Shown piece by piece: positions 14,851 through 28,748 of a stretch of 64,000 nt of DNA (positions within the stretch are counted from its first letter, which is position 1; each line of letters begins with the position of its first letter). A model generated the notes under the pieces. That model saw only the letters and a program-made list of their open reading frames with translations, ran no database searches and was not told the origin of the DNA. Origin of the DNA: Octopus vulgaris (Eukaryota); assembly GCA_951406725.2 (NCBI GenBank), contig OX597832.1, positions 20,398,001 through 20,462,000 on the forward strand. The letters are read 5' to 3'. The translations under genes were made by a program, and so were the position numbers.

Positions 14851-15159
14851 ATATGTATATATATATATATTTATATATATATATATAGTTATAGATATAT
14901 AGATATATGTATGTACGTATGTATATGTGTGTGTGTTTGTGTACGTGTATATATATATATATATATATTTATATGAATGTATGTATGTGTGTGTTTGTGT
15001 ACGTGTTGATGTGTATGTGTGCTCGTGTGCGTGAGTGTGTATGCGTGTGTATGCACGCGTGTGTGTGTATAGTATATTTTTGCTAGCTTGTTTTGTACAT
15101 GTAGGCTAAGGCTGACAGCGAGAATAGATCAATAAAGCAAGTACATATCAAAAAATAGG

Positions 15160-16100
15160 TATCTAATTTTGGAAGTAAGACCAGAAACAAGGACGAAATC
15201 AATTAAATGGACCCCGGTGTTGCACTGGTGTTTATTTTATCGACCCCTAAACGATGAAAGGCAAAGTTGAACTCGCCGGATTTTGAGTTCCGAACGTAAA
15301 GACAAACGAAATGCTGCTATCAATTTTGCCCGTGGTGCTAACGATTCCGCCCGCTCTCGGCCTTCATGTATTTAAAAATATTGATTTTGAATTTGGCACA
15401 AGGCCAATAATTTGGGAGGAGAGTGTAAATCGATAACATCACCCCTATTGCGAAACTGGTATTTATTTCATCGACCCGGATAGAATGTAAGGCAAAGTTG
15501 ACCTCAACGGAATTTGAACTCAGAACGTAAGGTATTTTGCCGAGCGTTTGTATTCAAATCTTGGTACAAGGCCAGCAATATTTGATGAGAGGGTTAGTCG
15601 ATTGTATCGATCCCGAAAGGCAAAGCTGATCTCAGCAGAATTTGAACTCAGAACGGTAAGACGGACGAAACGCCGATTTGCCCTACGTATGTATATAAAA
15701 ATACTTATATGCATATGTAAATGTATAAGGCGGTGAATTGAGAGAATCGTTGACATGACGGACAAAATGCTTGGCGGCGTTTCGTCCGAATTTATATTCT
15801 GAATTCAAACTGCGCTGAGGTCGGCTTGGCCTTTCAAAGTTTCGATGACGTTAAAATACATAACATTTGAACATTGATGTTGATTTAATTGGGTTACCGA
15901 ATTCCATGAAATTTCTGTCCTTGTGCCTAAGTTTGAAACAAATATTAAGATCTGTATTATGGTGGGGCACTGGAAGAATTCTTACCACGCCGGATAAAGA
16001 CCTTATCGGCCTTTCGTTTCTCTTTTAAACTTCACCGGGATCGACTTTGCCCTTCATTCTTTAAGGGTGGCTAAAATAAGTACCAGTTAAATACTGCCCA
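15160..16100. mobile_element. Cluster of diverged SINE family A copies (minus 15160-15680; plus 15729-15945 and 15961-16100)
   Basis: Recurrent ATCGACCC..GAAAGGCAAAG, GGAATTTGAACTCAGAAC and their reverse complements. Confidence 0.8.
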
Positions 16101-16496
16101 CCAGTGGCTACAAAGAGAGGGGACAATCAAGGACAGTTAAACGGATTAAGTCGAATATATCGACCTCAGTGTGTAACTGGTACTTATTCAATCGATCCCG
16201 AAAGCATGAAAGGCAAAGTCGACCTCGGCGGAATTTGAACTCAGAACGTAGCGCAAGGCGAAATACCTATTTCTTTACTACCCACAAGGGGCTAAACACA
16301 GAGAGGACAAACAAGGACAGACAAACGGATTAAGTCGATTATATCGACCCCAGTGCGTAACTGGTACTTATTTAATCGACTCCGAAAGGACGAAAGGCAA
16401 AATCGACCTCAGCGGAATTTGAACTCAGAACGTAGCGGCAGACGAAATAACGCTAAGCATTTCGCCCAGCGTGCTAACGTTTCTGCCAGCTCGCGG
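16098..16496 (-). mobile_element. SINE family A dimer, 184-bp period
   Basis: One head (ending 16496) and two bodies joined at GAAATACCTATTTCTTTAC (16260-16278). Confidence 0.92.
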
Positions 16497-16957
16497 CTGG
16501 TTCATCTTGGATACTTGACAGTGTCTGTTTATAATTATTGGCTTCGTATAAGTGCTGCGTTGGAGTAATTTGACAGGAGGGTTGTTATATAAGGTCTAAC
16601 TGCCCACACAAGAATATCAACAAAAAAATTTCGGAAAATTTTGAGCTTTAAGTATAACATCACTTTTCATTCTTATATTGCAAAAATCCAACAGAATACC
16701 AAATATTATTTTAATAATTACATCTGTATTGGGTGCATATTAGTTCTGTATTACGTCTATAGTTACGTGTAAACTATTGCACGAAATGCTTAAACAAACA
16801 ATATAAGTCATTATTGCATGTGAAAAAATATCAGTAAATGAATACTAGTATGTTTATTCTTGCAGGATCGATTGTAGAAAAATCGGAAAGGTTTCGATCT
16901 TTCGTGATTTCATCAGTGGATGAATTTCTGAATTGTTCCAAAATTGCTGAAGGAATA

Positions 16958-17272
16958 ATGTTTTTTTTTTTTTTTTCCTTCTCGAGCCATGCTCTCTCAT
17001 AAGGGCCGGTTTCCCGGTTTCCTGGGCGTATAGGTTCCCCACCTGAATGGGACGCCGGTCCGTCGCAGGTGAGCTGCAAGATGCAGGAGGAAAGAGTGAG
17101 AGAAAGTTGTGGCGAAAGAGTCAGCAGAAGTTCGCCATTACTTTCTGCCGAAGCCGCGTGGAGCTTAGGTGTTTTCCCTCATAAACACACACACATTGCT
17201 CGGTCTGAGATTCGAATCCGCGATCCCTCGACCGCTAGTCCGCTGCTCTAACCACTAGGCCATGTGCCTCCA
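16958..17272 (-). mobile_element. Full-length tRNA-derived SINE family C with poly(A) tail and 11-bp TSD
   Basis: Minus head TGGAGGCACATGGCCTAGTGGTTAGAGC (A box), GATTCGAATCTC (B box); T-run at 16961-16976; CTGAAGGAATA at 16947-16957 and 17273-17283. Confidence 0.92.
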
Positions 17273-17758
17273 CTGAAGGAATATTGGAACGAGCTGGACA
17301 GAAATGGCACGAGAAATATCAAATCATAAAACACAACCACTATTTGCGATTGAGAATTGAACTTGCTTTCTAGGAGGCCGCAGTTAAACCACAATGAAGC
17401 CAATTCTTTATAAGACTTCGAGTTTGAAACAAAAGCGTTTTAGAACAATAAGGAATACAATATGTTGATGGTATAAATTCTGAAGCAGCGCAAACATGAA
17501 AGATTTCAAAAATGCAAATAAGCACTCTTCTAACACTTTCTTTGTGTTTTGATGATGTTTGAAAAAAGATTAACAATTAAGACTTAATTACTATTTATGT
17601 TTTTCGTAATTAATAAAAAAAATTAATTTGGTTGGGGGGGGGATATTTAAAATAAATGAACATATATCCTAGATTTATGAACTTCTCGATTTAATCAACC
17701 AAGCGTGTCATCGTGCCTATGACTAGATTTAAACGTATGTCATTATCACAACCACTCG

Positions 17759-17803
<45 letters not shown>

Positions 17804-17840
17804 GTATATGTGTGTATATATATATATGTGTGTGTATGTT

Positions 17841-17872
<32 letters not shown>

Positions 17873-18239
17873 CATATGTATATATATAGATTTATTTTCA
17901 CATCCATATATTAATATATGGATGAATATATACACATATATTTATATATATGTATATATATGCGATTATATACATAGGTGTATATATATCTATATATATA
18001 TATATATATATATATATGGACATGTATGTAGTTATAAATACACGCACATGCATATATATGCATAAACATACTGATGCGTACACGCATACACTACTCAATT
18101 ATACACCGATATATATATATATATATATATAAGAAATTATTGTCTAATACACACACAGATACACACACATACATACGTACACATACGTGCATACACATTC
18201 ATATATAAATATGTAATATATACACATATACACAAACAT

Positions 18240-18505
18240 ACAAACAGCTTCCTTTTACTAATTATTCTAAGGCAGCAGCAGCAACGGCAGCAGTCACTTC
18301 CGACGTACATGAGTCACTAATTATGGTTAACAACGAGAGATTAGTGATCCACGTTGCTCTTCTCTCTTTCTTACAAACTAACCGACCCGACATTTCACAG
18401 GTGGATAGTAATTAATTTGCCAATCACAGACTCCCTTTTGTTATCTTTCACCCTTAATCTATTTGCAATTTATGCATAACGATGTAACGAGACAAATAAT
18501 AATTA
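18240..18505. promoter_or_regulatory. Candidate enhancer island
   Basis: Unique 260 bp between microsatellites with TGAGTCA, TAATTATGG, TAATTAAT, CAGGTG, CCAATCA, TTATGCAT; motif evidence only. Confidence 0.25.
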
Positions 18506-18506
18506 A

Positions 18507-18523
18507 CATTATTATTATTATTA

Positions 18524-18574
<51 letters not shown>

Positions 18575-18984
18575 ATTATCATTATTATTAACTTTACTCA
18601 TGTCATCAAAAGTCAATGTAATTTTTCTTCGTATTATTATCATTTTTATTCTTCTTTTTCTATTCCTACTTCTTCATTTTCTTATTATTTTGATTATCAT
18701 CATTATTATTATTATTGTTATTATTATTATTACTACTACTACTACTACTACTAATACTACTATTATTATTAATATTATTATTATTATTACTACTACTACT
18801 ATTATTATTAATATGATTATTACTACTACTACTACTATTATTATTAATATTATTAATATTATTATTACTACTACTACTACTATTATTAATATTATTATTA
18901 TTATTACTACTATTATTATTATCATCACTATTACTACTACTACTATTATTATTACTATTATTATTATCACTACTACTACTACTA

Positions 18985-19076
<92 letters not shown>

Positions 19077-19233
19077 TGTTGTATTACGACCGCTATTGTA
19101 TATTAGTAGTAGTAGTAATATAGCAATTATTATTGCTGTTATTATTATCATTGTTATTCCTCATTGTTGCTCATATTGTTACTGTTATTATCGATACAGC
19201 AATCATTGTTATTGCTGTTGTTGTTGTTGTTGC

Positions 19234-19270
<37 letters not shown>

Positions 19271-19275
19271 ATTGA
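18507..19275. repeat. (TAT)n/(TAC)n/(TAG)n/(TTG)n trinucleotide region
   Basis: Direct reading. Confidence 0.97.
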
Positions 19276-19879
19276 TAACTTTTGTATTCGTTTATTAACT
19301 TTATAATTACTTCTGCTATTTTAGACTGAGTAGCTCTCATGAATACTAATGCCTGTTGATTTTTATGTACAACATCATTTCTATAGAAACATGAAAGACA
19401 AACCCGTAAAGGAAATACACACGTCTACGCACATAGAGGAAAAACGATACGCGCACTCAAACAGAAGCGCAAATAGACACATACATACGCTGTAATAATG
19501 GCGACAACAAGAGATACGACAACGGAATCTTTCAAAACAACGATGTGACGGAAGTTCCATCGTGTTTAACTTATAACTTCCATCATAGGACTCGTGACAC
19601 AGTGAAAGTCTTTTCAGGTAGCGTTGTAGCGTTTATAAACTTTTCATCTGTGTCTCGTTGATGCAAACATCATCGTCGTTGTCGTCAGTGTAATTATCGC
19701 TTTCGTCGTCATCGTCACCGTGGTCATCGTGGTCGTAGTCGTTGTCGTCGTCGTAGTCGTTGTCGTCGTCGACATATTCTTCCATATCTGCATCGCCGTC
19801 ATCGTATTCATCGACAATTATTATTATTATTATTACTAGAAATTTTATTATTATTATTATTATTATTATCATTATTATT

Positions 19880-20279
19880 CTATGTTTGAGTTTTGCTTTA
19901 TATTTGTACAAGTTGGCTCCAAGTCTCACCCAGAGACCTCGAGAGACAGCAGGTTGGAAGTTCATGTTGTTGTTATGCTTAGTGTGCCATATATTTGGGG
20001 GGGGGGGGCGGTTGGTGTTGTACTAATGAATGTCTAAAAAAAAAATTTTTTTTTTAAAAAAAAAAACCCGAAAATTATGCTTGTTTTAAACCTTGAGATT
20101 ACATAGAAAGTATTTTGCGTAGGATATGAGCAGTTCCCATGAACACTATCTTTTGAATTTCTGCCATTTTTGGGTTTCCTGGTATCTGAGTTAGGTAGCT
20201 ATCAGCCCCTTTTGCTATCATTCCCAGGGCACCTATGACAACAGGTATTGTTTTAGTCTTCAGGTTCTACATTTTGCTG

Positions 20280-20281
<2 letters not shown>
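19880..20281 (-). mobile_element. 5'-truncated Dong/R4-clade non-LTR retrotransposon (RLE C-terminus plus 3' UTR) in (TAA)n
   Basis: Minus 20281-20099 reads ISKM*NLKTKTIPVVIGALGMIAKGADSYLTQIPGNPKMAEIQKIVFMGTAHILRKILSM*; IPVVIGALG and IQK..L.GTA.ILRK are typical R4/Dong ends; (TAA)n on both flanks; one in-frame stop. Confidence 0.88.
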
Positions 20282-20323
<42 letters not shown>

Positions 20324-20588
20324 GATATAATTATTATTATTGTTATTATTATTGTTATTATAATTATTATTGTATTACGATCGTTATTGTATTACAGTCA
20401 TCGCCATCCTTCTCCTCTACCTCCTCCTCCTCCTCCTCCTCATCATCATCAACATCTTCTCCATCACCATCAAGATTGTTCATCGTTAACATTGTGCTTG
20501 TAGCTTCGATATCGTTAACATAGATACCATCATCATAACTACCAAGATTATTATCATCAACATCATCGTCATCATCATCATCATCATC

Positions 20589-20620
<32 letters not shown>

Positions 20621-20937
20621 TATCAACTTCATCATCATCTTAACCATCATCATCATCATCATCATCATCATCACCATCATCATCATCAACATCCTGATGA
20701 TATCTAGGTCCCAGGCGCCAAGTCTTGTCTTCTTTTCACCCAGGTCTGCAGCTCTGTCAAGGAGACGAACTGCGGAAAAGATGTGCCTCACAAACCGAAC
20801 ACACTATCACTCACTGTCCAGATATAGTTGCAAGTAGCCTATAACCTAAAAGCGTGTTCGCGCATTAGAAACCGCGGTATATCTAATACACAACAGACTG
20901 ACCGCTCCCCCATTGGAACGCGTCCAATGATGATAAT

Positions 20938-21647
20938 AATCCTTTCTACTACAGACACCAGGCCAGAAATTCTGGGGGAAGGGACTAGTCGACAATATCA
21001 ACCCCAGTACTTGACTGGTATTTAATTTATCGACCTTGAAAAGATAGAAGCCAAAGTGGACCTCGGTGGAATTTGAACTCAGAACGTAAAGACGAACGAT
21101 ATGCCGTTGAGCATTTTGCCCGAAGTGTTAACGATACTGCCAGCTCTCCACCTTAATAATAATTATAAGAATAAAATAAAAACAATAATCGCTTCTACTG
21201 AAGGCACAAGGCCTGAAATTTTGGGAAAGGAGACTAGACGATTACATCGACCCCAGTGTTTCACTGGTACTTGTTTCGACTCCGAAAGAATGGTTCACTG
21301 GTACTTATATCGACTTCGAAAGAATGGAAGGCAAAGACGACTTAGGCAGAATTTGAACTTAGAATGTAAGGACGGATGAAATCCCGTAAGCATTTTGCCT
21401 GGCTTGCTAACGATCCTGCCGTCCTTATAATACTACTGTCAACATTTGCCACAGAGGCAGCCATTTTGGAGGAGGGGACAAGTCGATTACATTGGCTCCA
21501 GTGTTTCACTGGTACTTTATTTATCGACCCTGAAAGGATGAAAGGTAGAGACGACTTCGGCGGAATTTGAACTCAAAAGTTATTAACGGGCGAAATACCG
21601 CTGTGTATTTCGTCCAGCGTGCTAACGATTCCGCCAACTTAGCTGCC
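20938..21647 (-). mobile_element. Three head-to-tail old SINE family A copies
   Basis: Units at about 20938-21153, 21186-21425 and 21440-21647, each with ATCGACC, AATTTGAACT and a CGAT.CTGCC-like head segment. Confidence 0.85.
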
Positions 21648-21650
21648 ATT

Positions 21651-21683
21651 TTAATAATAATAATAGTAATAATAATAATAATA

Positions 21684-21738
<55 letters not shown>

Positions 21739-22062
21739 CGATGACGACGACGACGATGATGATGATGATGATAATAACGATGACGATGATGATGATGATG
21801 ATGATGATGAGAAGAAAAAGAACAAGGAGGAGGAGGAGTAGAAAAAGAAGAAGTAGAGGAGGAAGCAGAAGAGGAACAAGAAGAAGAAGAAGAAGAAGAA
21901 GAAGAAGAAGAAGAAGGAGGAGGAGGAGGAGGAGGGGAGAAGAAGAAGAAGAAGGAGGAGGAGGAGGAGGGGAGAAGAAGAAGAAGAAGGAGGAGGAGGA
22001 GGAGGGGAGAAGAAGAAGAAGAAGGAGGAGGAGGAGGAGGGGAGAAGAAGAAGAAGAAGGAT
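21651..22062. repeat. (TAA)n-(TGA)n-(GAA/GGA)n region
   Basis: Direct reading. Confidence 0.96.
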
Positions 22063-22803
22063 GATACTTCAGCATCCCTCTTTTCTCCTTCCTAAACCAT
22101 GGACAATCGAACCCCCTGTCTCGATTTCGGGTGTAGTCTTGTTTTTGTTTTTGTTTTTGTTTTCGTTCTTCTTGCTCTGCACCGACATACAAATGCTTTA
22201 ATGACCAGGAGTAAGTGAAGAAGCGGTGGTAAAATTAAGGACGAAAAGGGGGGCTTTTCGTGTTTCCCTCTTTGTTATAGAGTCCGTTTCCAAGATGATC
22301 ACGTGGCTATTCGGCCCAGCAGAACACAGGAAACCTGCAAGCGAGTTATGAGTAACTCATTACGATTGATTGATTGAACGAAGGGCTTAACGCAGCTTAA
22401 AGAACGCTGTGGTATTACTAACGACTGCTACGACAATACTAGGCCCTGTCGTTGTTGTTTTTGTTGTAAGAGGTGGCCATGTTGTTGTAGTGAGGTTGTT
22501 GTGGTTGCGGCGGCGGCGGCGGTGGTGATTACGATGGTTTTTGTTTTTGTTGTTGTTGTTGTTTTGTTTCTTGTTGTTGTAGTTGTTTTAATCGGTAAAC
22601 GGGCAGCTTGCGCCGTAGTCCGATAATTTGGCTCTCACAGTGATGTTTACGTTACGTAGAAATTGTCTTGGTGAGAGATAGTGGCGGAAGGAATGGTGCA
22701 TATGAGGGCAATTGGAATTGTTGGATAGAGGTAGAGTGAAAGGGGAAGAGACAGAGGTGGAAGGTGATAGTGAGGGGGAGAGAGAGAATGAGTGTGTGTG
22801 TGT

Positions 22804-22843
<40 letters not shown>

Positions 22844-23404
22844 ATAAAAAGAAAGATAAAGAGATACAGATATGCAAAATAAACGCGAAAAATGATGGGA
22901 GGAAGTGACACAATGCAGGAAAACAGGGGGTTAGGAAAAGGAGAGGGAGAGTGGAGGGGAGAGGGTGAGAAGGAGAAAAGAGAGGAGATGGAGGGAAAGA
23001 GGAGAGAGAAGAAAAGGGGAGAGAGAGGGAAAGAGGAGAGAGAGGGGGAGAGAGAGGGAAAGAGGAGAGAGAGGGTGATAAGTGAGAGGTGGAGAGAGAA
23101 ACTTAAAGAGAGATAACGACAGTGAGATGTTACGGCAGTGATGATGTGAGGCAGAGAGAGATCCAGGAAAGTATGGTAGAGATATAGAAAGGCAGATAGA
23201 CAGACACAAGGGTGGGGTAATGAGAGAGGGAGAGACTAAAAGAGAGGGAGAGAATGATGTATGGAGATATATAGTTAGCGGAAGAGTGAGACGCAAAGGG
23301 TTGGGGGATTAATCAGGGATTCAAATAGGAAGGATGTGGGTTCGGATTAAAGAAAATATAAAGAGGGAACGTAAGCAACTGGGAGAAACCAGTTAAGAGA
23401 AACT

Positions 23405-23448
<44 letters not shown>

Positions 23449-23524
23449 AACAAGCACTTATGTGATCATGCGTCTGCGTAAGTGTGGGTGTATAAACATA
23501 AGAGTGTATAAATATATACCTATG

Positions 23525-23571
<47 letters not shown>

Positions 23572-23610
23572 GTATGTATGCTTGTATGCATGTGTGCATG
23601 TACGCACTCT

Positions 23611-23653
<43 letters not shown>

Positions 23654-23787
23654 GTACAGACTCACAGACACATATGTATCTATAGATAAATATATGTGTG
23701 TGTATGGAAATGTATATATATATATATATATATATATTCATGTATAAAAAATTTGTATATAAATATGTAAATCGACACACATTCGCG

Positions 23788-23990
23788 ATATATATATATA
23801 TATATATATATACATACATACATACATACATACATACACACATACATACATACATACATACATACATACATACACACATACATACATACATACATACATA
23901 CATACATACATACATACATACATACATACATACATACATACATACATACATACATACATACATACATACATACATACATACATACATACA
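23788..23990. repeat. (TA)n-(TACA)n microsatellite
   Basis: Direct reading. Confidence 0.97.
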
Positions 23991-24614
23991 TTTGTATATA
24001 AGTAAGTAAATAGATAGACAAACAAGTAATTAATGACTGAAAAAAGTGAAAGAAAACAGAACTTGAGAGAGAGCGAGAGAGAGAGAGAGAGAGAGAGAGA
24101 TGTGGAGGAAAGAAAACGGAACGATAAAAATGAAATACAGATAGAGAAATGTTTGGATTTATAAGTTTTAGGCTAAGATAGATAGAAATTCCCAACGGAA
24201 AAGAAACTTGCATTGTTAAAACACAATAGGCATTGATTTGTCAAAAATGTAGCGTAAATGATCGATGCCCAGGAACTGTAAAAATCTACGGCGAACGACA
24301 GTTTTCAGACCATCTCTTTTCACAGTTTATCTGCCAAGATCATATGGACTTATTGGAAAGCATCGCTAGACGAAGAGAAAGTGAAAGTTGAATTATGACT
24401 TGGTTCACTGGAAGGTCGAACCAGTTTAAAAATGACATCACTATTTCTGACATATTTACAAATGACAACGGATTGCAAAGTTATTTGTAGATTTTTAAAA
24501 AAATCTTCTGTATATATATATTTATATGAGTATTTCTATTTGTGTATGAGTATGCGAGTATAAACACACACATAAACACATATACACATATGTATATATA
24601 TACAGAGAGAGAGA

Positions 24615-24821
24615 GACTTTTTCTTTTCCTGAGCGTTATACTAATCGCCATGATAGATCGTTAGCCACTACACACATTTTTCTCTCTTTGCTTTTTCTGT
24701 GTCCCTTTCTGTAGAAGAGCGTAGGCTCGAAACGTAAAAGACTTTTTCTATTTCTGACCGTTATACTAATACATCTGTTTGTTTTGTACACCACCTGTCT
24801 TCGTCTTTTGTTTTTATTTTC

Positions 24822-24823
<2 letters not shown>
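24615..24823 (+). mobile_element. Penelope-like pLTR/retrozyme-like repeat (family E) with hammerhead-like motif and partial tandem duplication
   Basis: TAGAAGA-GCGTAGGCTC-GAAA-CG-TA; 24615-24645 duplicates ~24740-24770; ends in (TA)n; near-identical copy at 41193-41393. Confidence 0.65.
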
Positions 24824-24864
<41 letters not shown>

Positions 24865-24967
24865 CATATGTTTGTTTTTATGTCCAGTTACAATAAAAAT
24901 GATTTTACATTAATCGGAAAGATTCCACCGTACCTTTGTAAAGTCTACTCGCTCTTTTCAAGCTTAG

Positions 24968-25100
24968 CGAGGCTCATGGGCCCGGTTTCCCGGTTTCTAT
25001 GGCTTATGTGTTCCCCCCAGCTGGACGGGACACCAGTCCATCGCAACGTTATTCAAGAAACAGGAAGAAATAGTGAGAGAAAGTTGGGGCGAAAGAGTAC
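24968..25100 (-). mobile_element. SINE family C 3' fragment
   Basis: CCGGTTTCCCGGTTTC...GACGGGACACCAGTCCATCGCA...GTGAGAGAAAGTTG matches 16990-17125. Confidence 0.8.
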
Positions 25101-25103
25101 TTA

Positions 25104-25395
25104 GGATCCCGAAAGGATGAACGGCAAAGTCAACCTCGGCGGAATTTGAACTCAAAACGTAGCGGCAGATGAAATACCTATTTCTTTACTACCCAAAAGG
25201 GGGACAAACAAGGACAGACAAACAGATTAAGTCGGATACATTGACCCCAGTGCGTAACTGGTGCTTAATTTATCGACTCCGAAAGGATGAAAGGCAAAAT
25301 CGACCTCGGAGGAATTTGAACTCTGAACGTAGCGGCAGACGAAATTACGCTAAGCATTTGACCCGGCGTGCTAACGTTTCTGCAAGCTAGCCGCC
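25104..25395 (-). mobile_element. SINE family A dimer (second body truncated)
   Basis: Head ending 25395; junction GAAATACCTATTTCTTTAC at 25171-25189. Confidence 0.88.
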
Positions 25396-26063
25396 TTATT
25401 ACAAAATTTATACCATCTTCAAGGCAAGTATATTGTCTAAAATATAATTTTGTGCCAAGGTGTTCGCAAACGAAAGGGATATTTGATTTATTTTGCATAT
25501 AAATATGCTTTAAAAATAATATAATTTTCAGTTCCCAGATAACACACACAAAATTACATTTAATATTACAACCCGAATCCAGAGAACGTCCATGGTACGT
25601 TTCTGGAATTATTAGATTCTACACTGATTCATTCATGATGTTTTTGAGGGGAAACTTCCATCGCTTTGAATTATTTCATAATTAATTTTCTCTTCTGAAG
25701 ATATTAATTGACCCTATCAATGCACTTCGAAATATCATCAAAGCAACATAGAGGAAACATAAAGCAAAGCAGAGCATTTTCACGTTCATAAACTCTTTTC
25801 GTACAAACCCGCTTGAGAGCGCTCATATTTCTGTGATACAAATTTACCGTTAGAAACCGATGTACATTAAAAACCTTCCATTAGGATTTCAAGCAAATTT
25901 ATGTTTCAAACACAAGCTTAATAATTGTCAAGGACGAAATCGTTCGCATTGACCTCAGTGATCAACTGGTACTTCTTTTATCGAACCCGAAATGATGAAA
26001 GTCGATATCGGTGTAATTTGAACTGAGAAGGTAAAGACAGACAAAATACTGGAAAACCCGAGC

Positions 26064-26406
26064 TTAATCCCTTTAGCTTTCACACCATCTCGTCAAAAGC
26101 AATGCTTATTTATTCACATTGTTTTGAATTAATCGTGGATTATTCTGTAGGTTCGAGATTGTGATTAGAGTACTCTTTTACTTGTTTCAGTCATGTGATT
26201 AGAGCCGTGCTGGAACACCGCCTTTAGTCGAGCAAATCAAACCGAGGACTTATTCTTCGTAAGCCCTTAGTACTTATTCTATCGGTCTCTTTTGCCGAAC
26301 CGCTAAGTTTGGGTAAACACAACATCATCGGTTATCAAGCGATGTTGGGGGGGACAAACACAAACGCACAAACACATACGCACACATACATACATACATA
26401 CATACA

Positions 26407-26440
<34 letters not shown>

Positions 26441-26735
26441 CATATATACATATATATACATACGACGAGCTTCTTTCAGTTTCCGTCTACCAAATCCACT
26501 CACAAGGCTTTGGTCGGCCCGAGTCTATAGTAGAAGACACTTGCCCAAGGTGCCACGCAGTGGGACTGAATCCGGAACCATGTGGTTGGTGAGCAAGCTA
26601 CTTACCATACATCCACTCCTACGCCTATAATATTAATTTTTAGAATTATATTATAGGGTTCGTGTGAGAGGCTAGATCTGGTTGATTTCAACATAAAGAT
26701 TGTAGAATATTTTGGCCGGGTATCGCCGATTTAGA
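26064..26735. mobile_element. Probable piggyBac-like MITE split by a SINE B insertion
   Basis: Left end TTAA-TCCCTTTAGC; right end decayed; assignment partly from recollection of a common octopus repeat, not verified. Confidence 0.35.
26171..26626 (-). mobile_element. Full-length SINE family B (tRNA head, CORE-like domain, internal microsatellite)
   Basis: Reverse complement of the 51934-52372 copy; internal (TACA)n. Confidence 0.93.
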
Positions 26736-27209
26736 GACGAGTTTATTTTACTAAATTCTTCATTATTTTCAAAAGTAATTGAGATAAATGCAACATATCA
26801 CACTTAGAAATGAGTTTGACCTGATATGTTGTTTCATGATGTTATGCTAACTATTTTGGTTATCTATCTGGTCATAAAAATAGACCCCCGTTCGGTCGGC
26901 TCCCTATGCTAGATTACGTGATCAATAAATATATGTCAGCCTACGGCTGGTGTTTTCAGGTGGTGAGATTGTAGCAATGCAAATTCATGTGCGTTGCTCT
27001 ATGACGCAGTACGTCACCCGTAAGAAAAATCGAACTCCTAAGTTTATGATAGTGAGTCCATTACATAAACCACTTGGACACGTGACTTCACAAACGAGCA
27101 AATGTAGAAGTACACACCAACACCTATGCATACGTTACACACACACTTGTGTATAAATATATATATACATAGACAGGCACATATTTTTATAAACACATAC
27201 ATATGTCTA

Positions 27210-27274
<65 letters not shown>

Positions 27275-27275
27275 T

Positions 27276-27317
<42 letters not shown>

Positions 27318-27347
27318 GCGCAATGCCTAGTGGTTAGGGGGACTGCG

Positions 27348-27379
<32 letters not shown>

Positions 27380-27396
27380 CATATATATATATATAC

Positions 27397-27457
<61 letters not shown>

Positions 27458-27870
27458 TATGAGCAGACAGACGAACAAGAGTGACTTAAGCACTTATCAT
27501 TCCATGGTACTTGAGTGACTATAACACCGCAGGTGTTATACAATCAGTTCTAGTATTTTCAATTCTAATAGCAAAGTCATAAGTATATAGGTACGAACGT
27601 ATACTTTATGCGTCTGAGTATGTGTTTGTGTGTGTGTGCGTGTGTGTGTGTAGCATGTTTGCTTTATAATAAAAACAACTTTACATTAATACGAGGGGGC
27701 ACTCTATACTTTTGTAGAGCACCAACTTTATTATTCTTAAACAAGAATACTTTAGACAGTGACTTATATATGTGTAAGTATGCATATATACACAGATATT
27801 TATAACTCTTCCTCCCTCTCTCTCTCTCTCACTCTCCCTATCTTTCCCATTCCAAATACAGACACACACT

Positions 27871-27902
<32 letters not shown>

Positions 27903-27975
27903 CATATATGTATATATGTACATGCATACATACATGATTTATATATACATAGTATATATAGATAGATATATACAT

Positions 27976-28025
<50 letters not shown>

Positions 28026-28226
28026 CATATATATATATACATATATACAGATTGATTGATACTTATGCAATGATAAGTATACAGGTATCGCACGATAGAT
28101 AGATTGATGGACAGACAAATAGGCCAATAACTAGAGAGAGAGGGGGAAAAGAGAAAGAGTAAGGCAGATAACTATAATGGTATACACACACTTATATATA
28201 TGTATATATATATATATATATGTATA

Positions 28227-28302
<76 letters not shown>

Positions 28303-28372
28303 TGCAAATCTGTATATAGATATATTTCCTTCACAATCGCGCATAAATATACGGGTTAGGTGTGTGTGGGAG

Positions 28373-28429
<57 letters not shown>

Positions 28430-28702
28430 TGCAAAGAATAGAGAGAATTACAACTTCTTAATTTCGTATCATCTGTACGATATAAAATATCAGAATTACA
28501 CTTCTTTTCATAACGCTGAGTGATAAATATGAAATACTTTCAGATTAGAGACATCTTCAAAAACCAAAGGGAAAAAAAAATAAACCATATTCGAATATAA
28601 AAAAAAATACTGAAAAAAAATATTAAAAATATTATAATAAAACAACACTCAATAATACAATTATTTGAAAGCGAATGAGAACTTTAAAAAAATTATGCTT
28701 AC

Positions 28703-28748
28703 CTGAAAAATAGTTGCTAAAGATTAACCACGATTTCTCCATGTTTGT
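28703..28748 (-). other. Candidate 46-nt exon, possibly carrying a start codon (MEKSWLIFSNYFS...)
   Basis: Minus: tttctattctttctatatctttcag|ACAAACATGGAGAAATCGTGGTTAATCTTTAGCAACTATTTTTCAG|gtaagc; strong acceptor and donor; AAACATGG Kozak context; only one open frame. Confidence 0.6.

Noticed and set aside
17190-17272. tRNA-like sequences in SINE heads as tRNA genes
   Set aside because: They have A and B boxes but no acceptor stem and continue into SINE bodies with tails and TSDs.
25690-25745. CTGAAGA...CGAAATATCATC hammerhead-like string
   Set aside because: Stem I has only two pairs and stem II does not close at the core.
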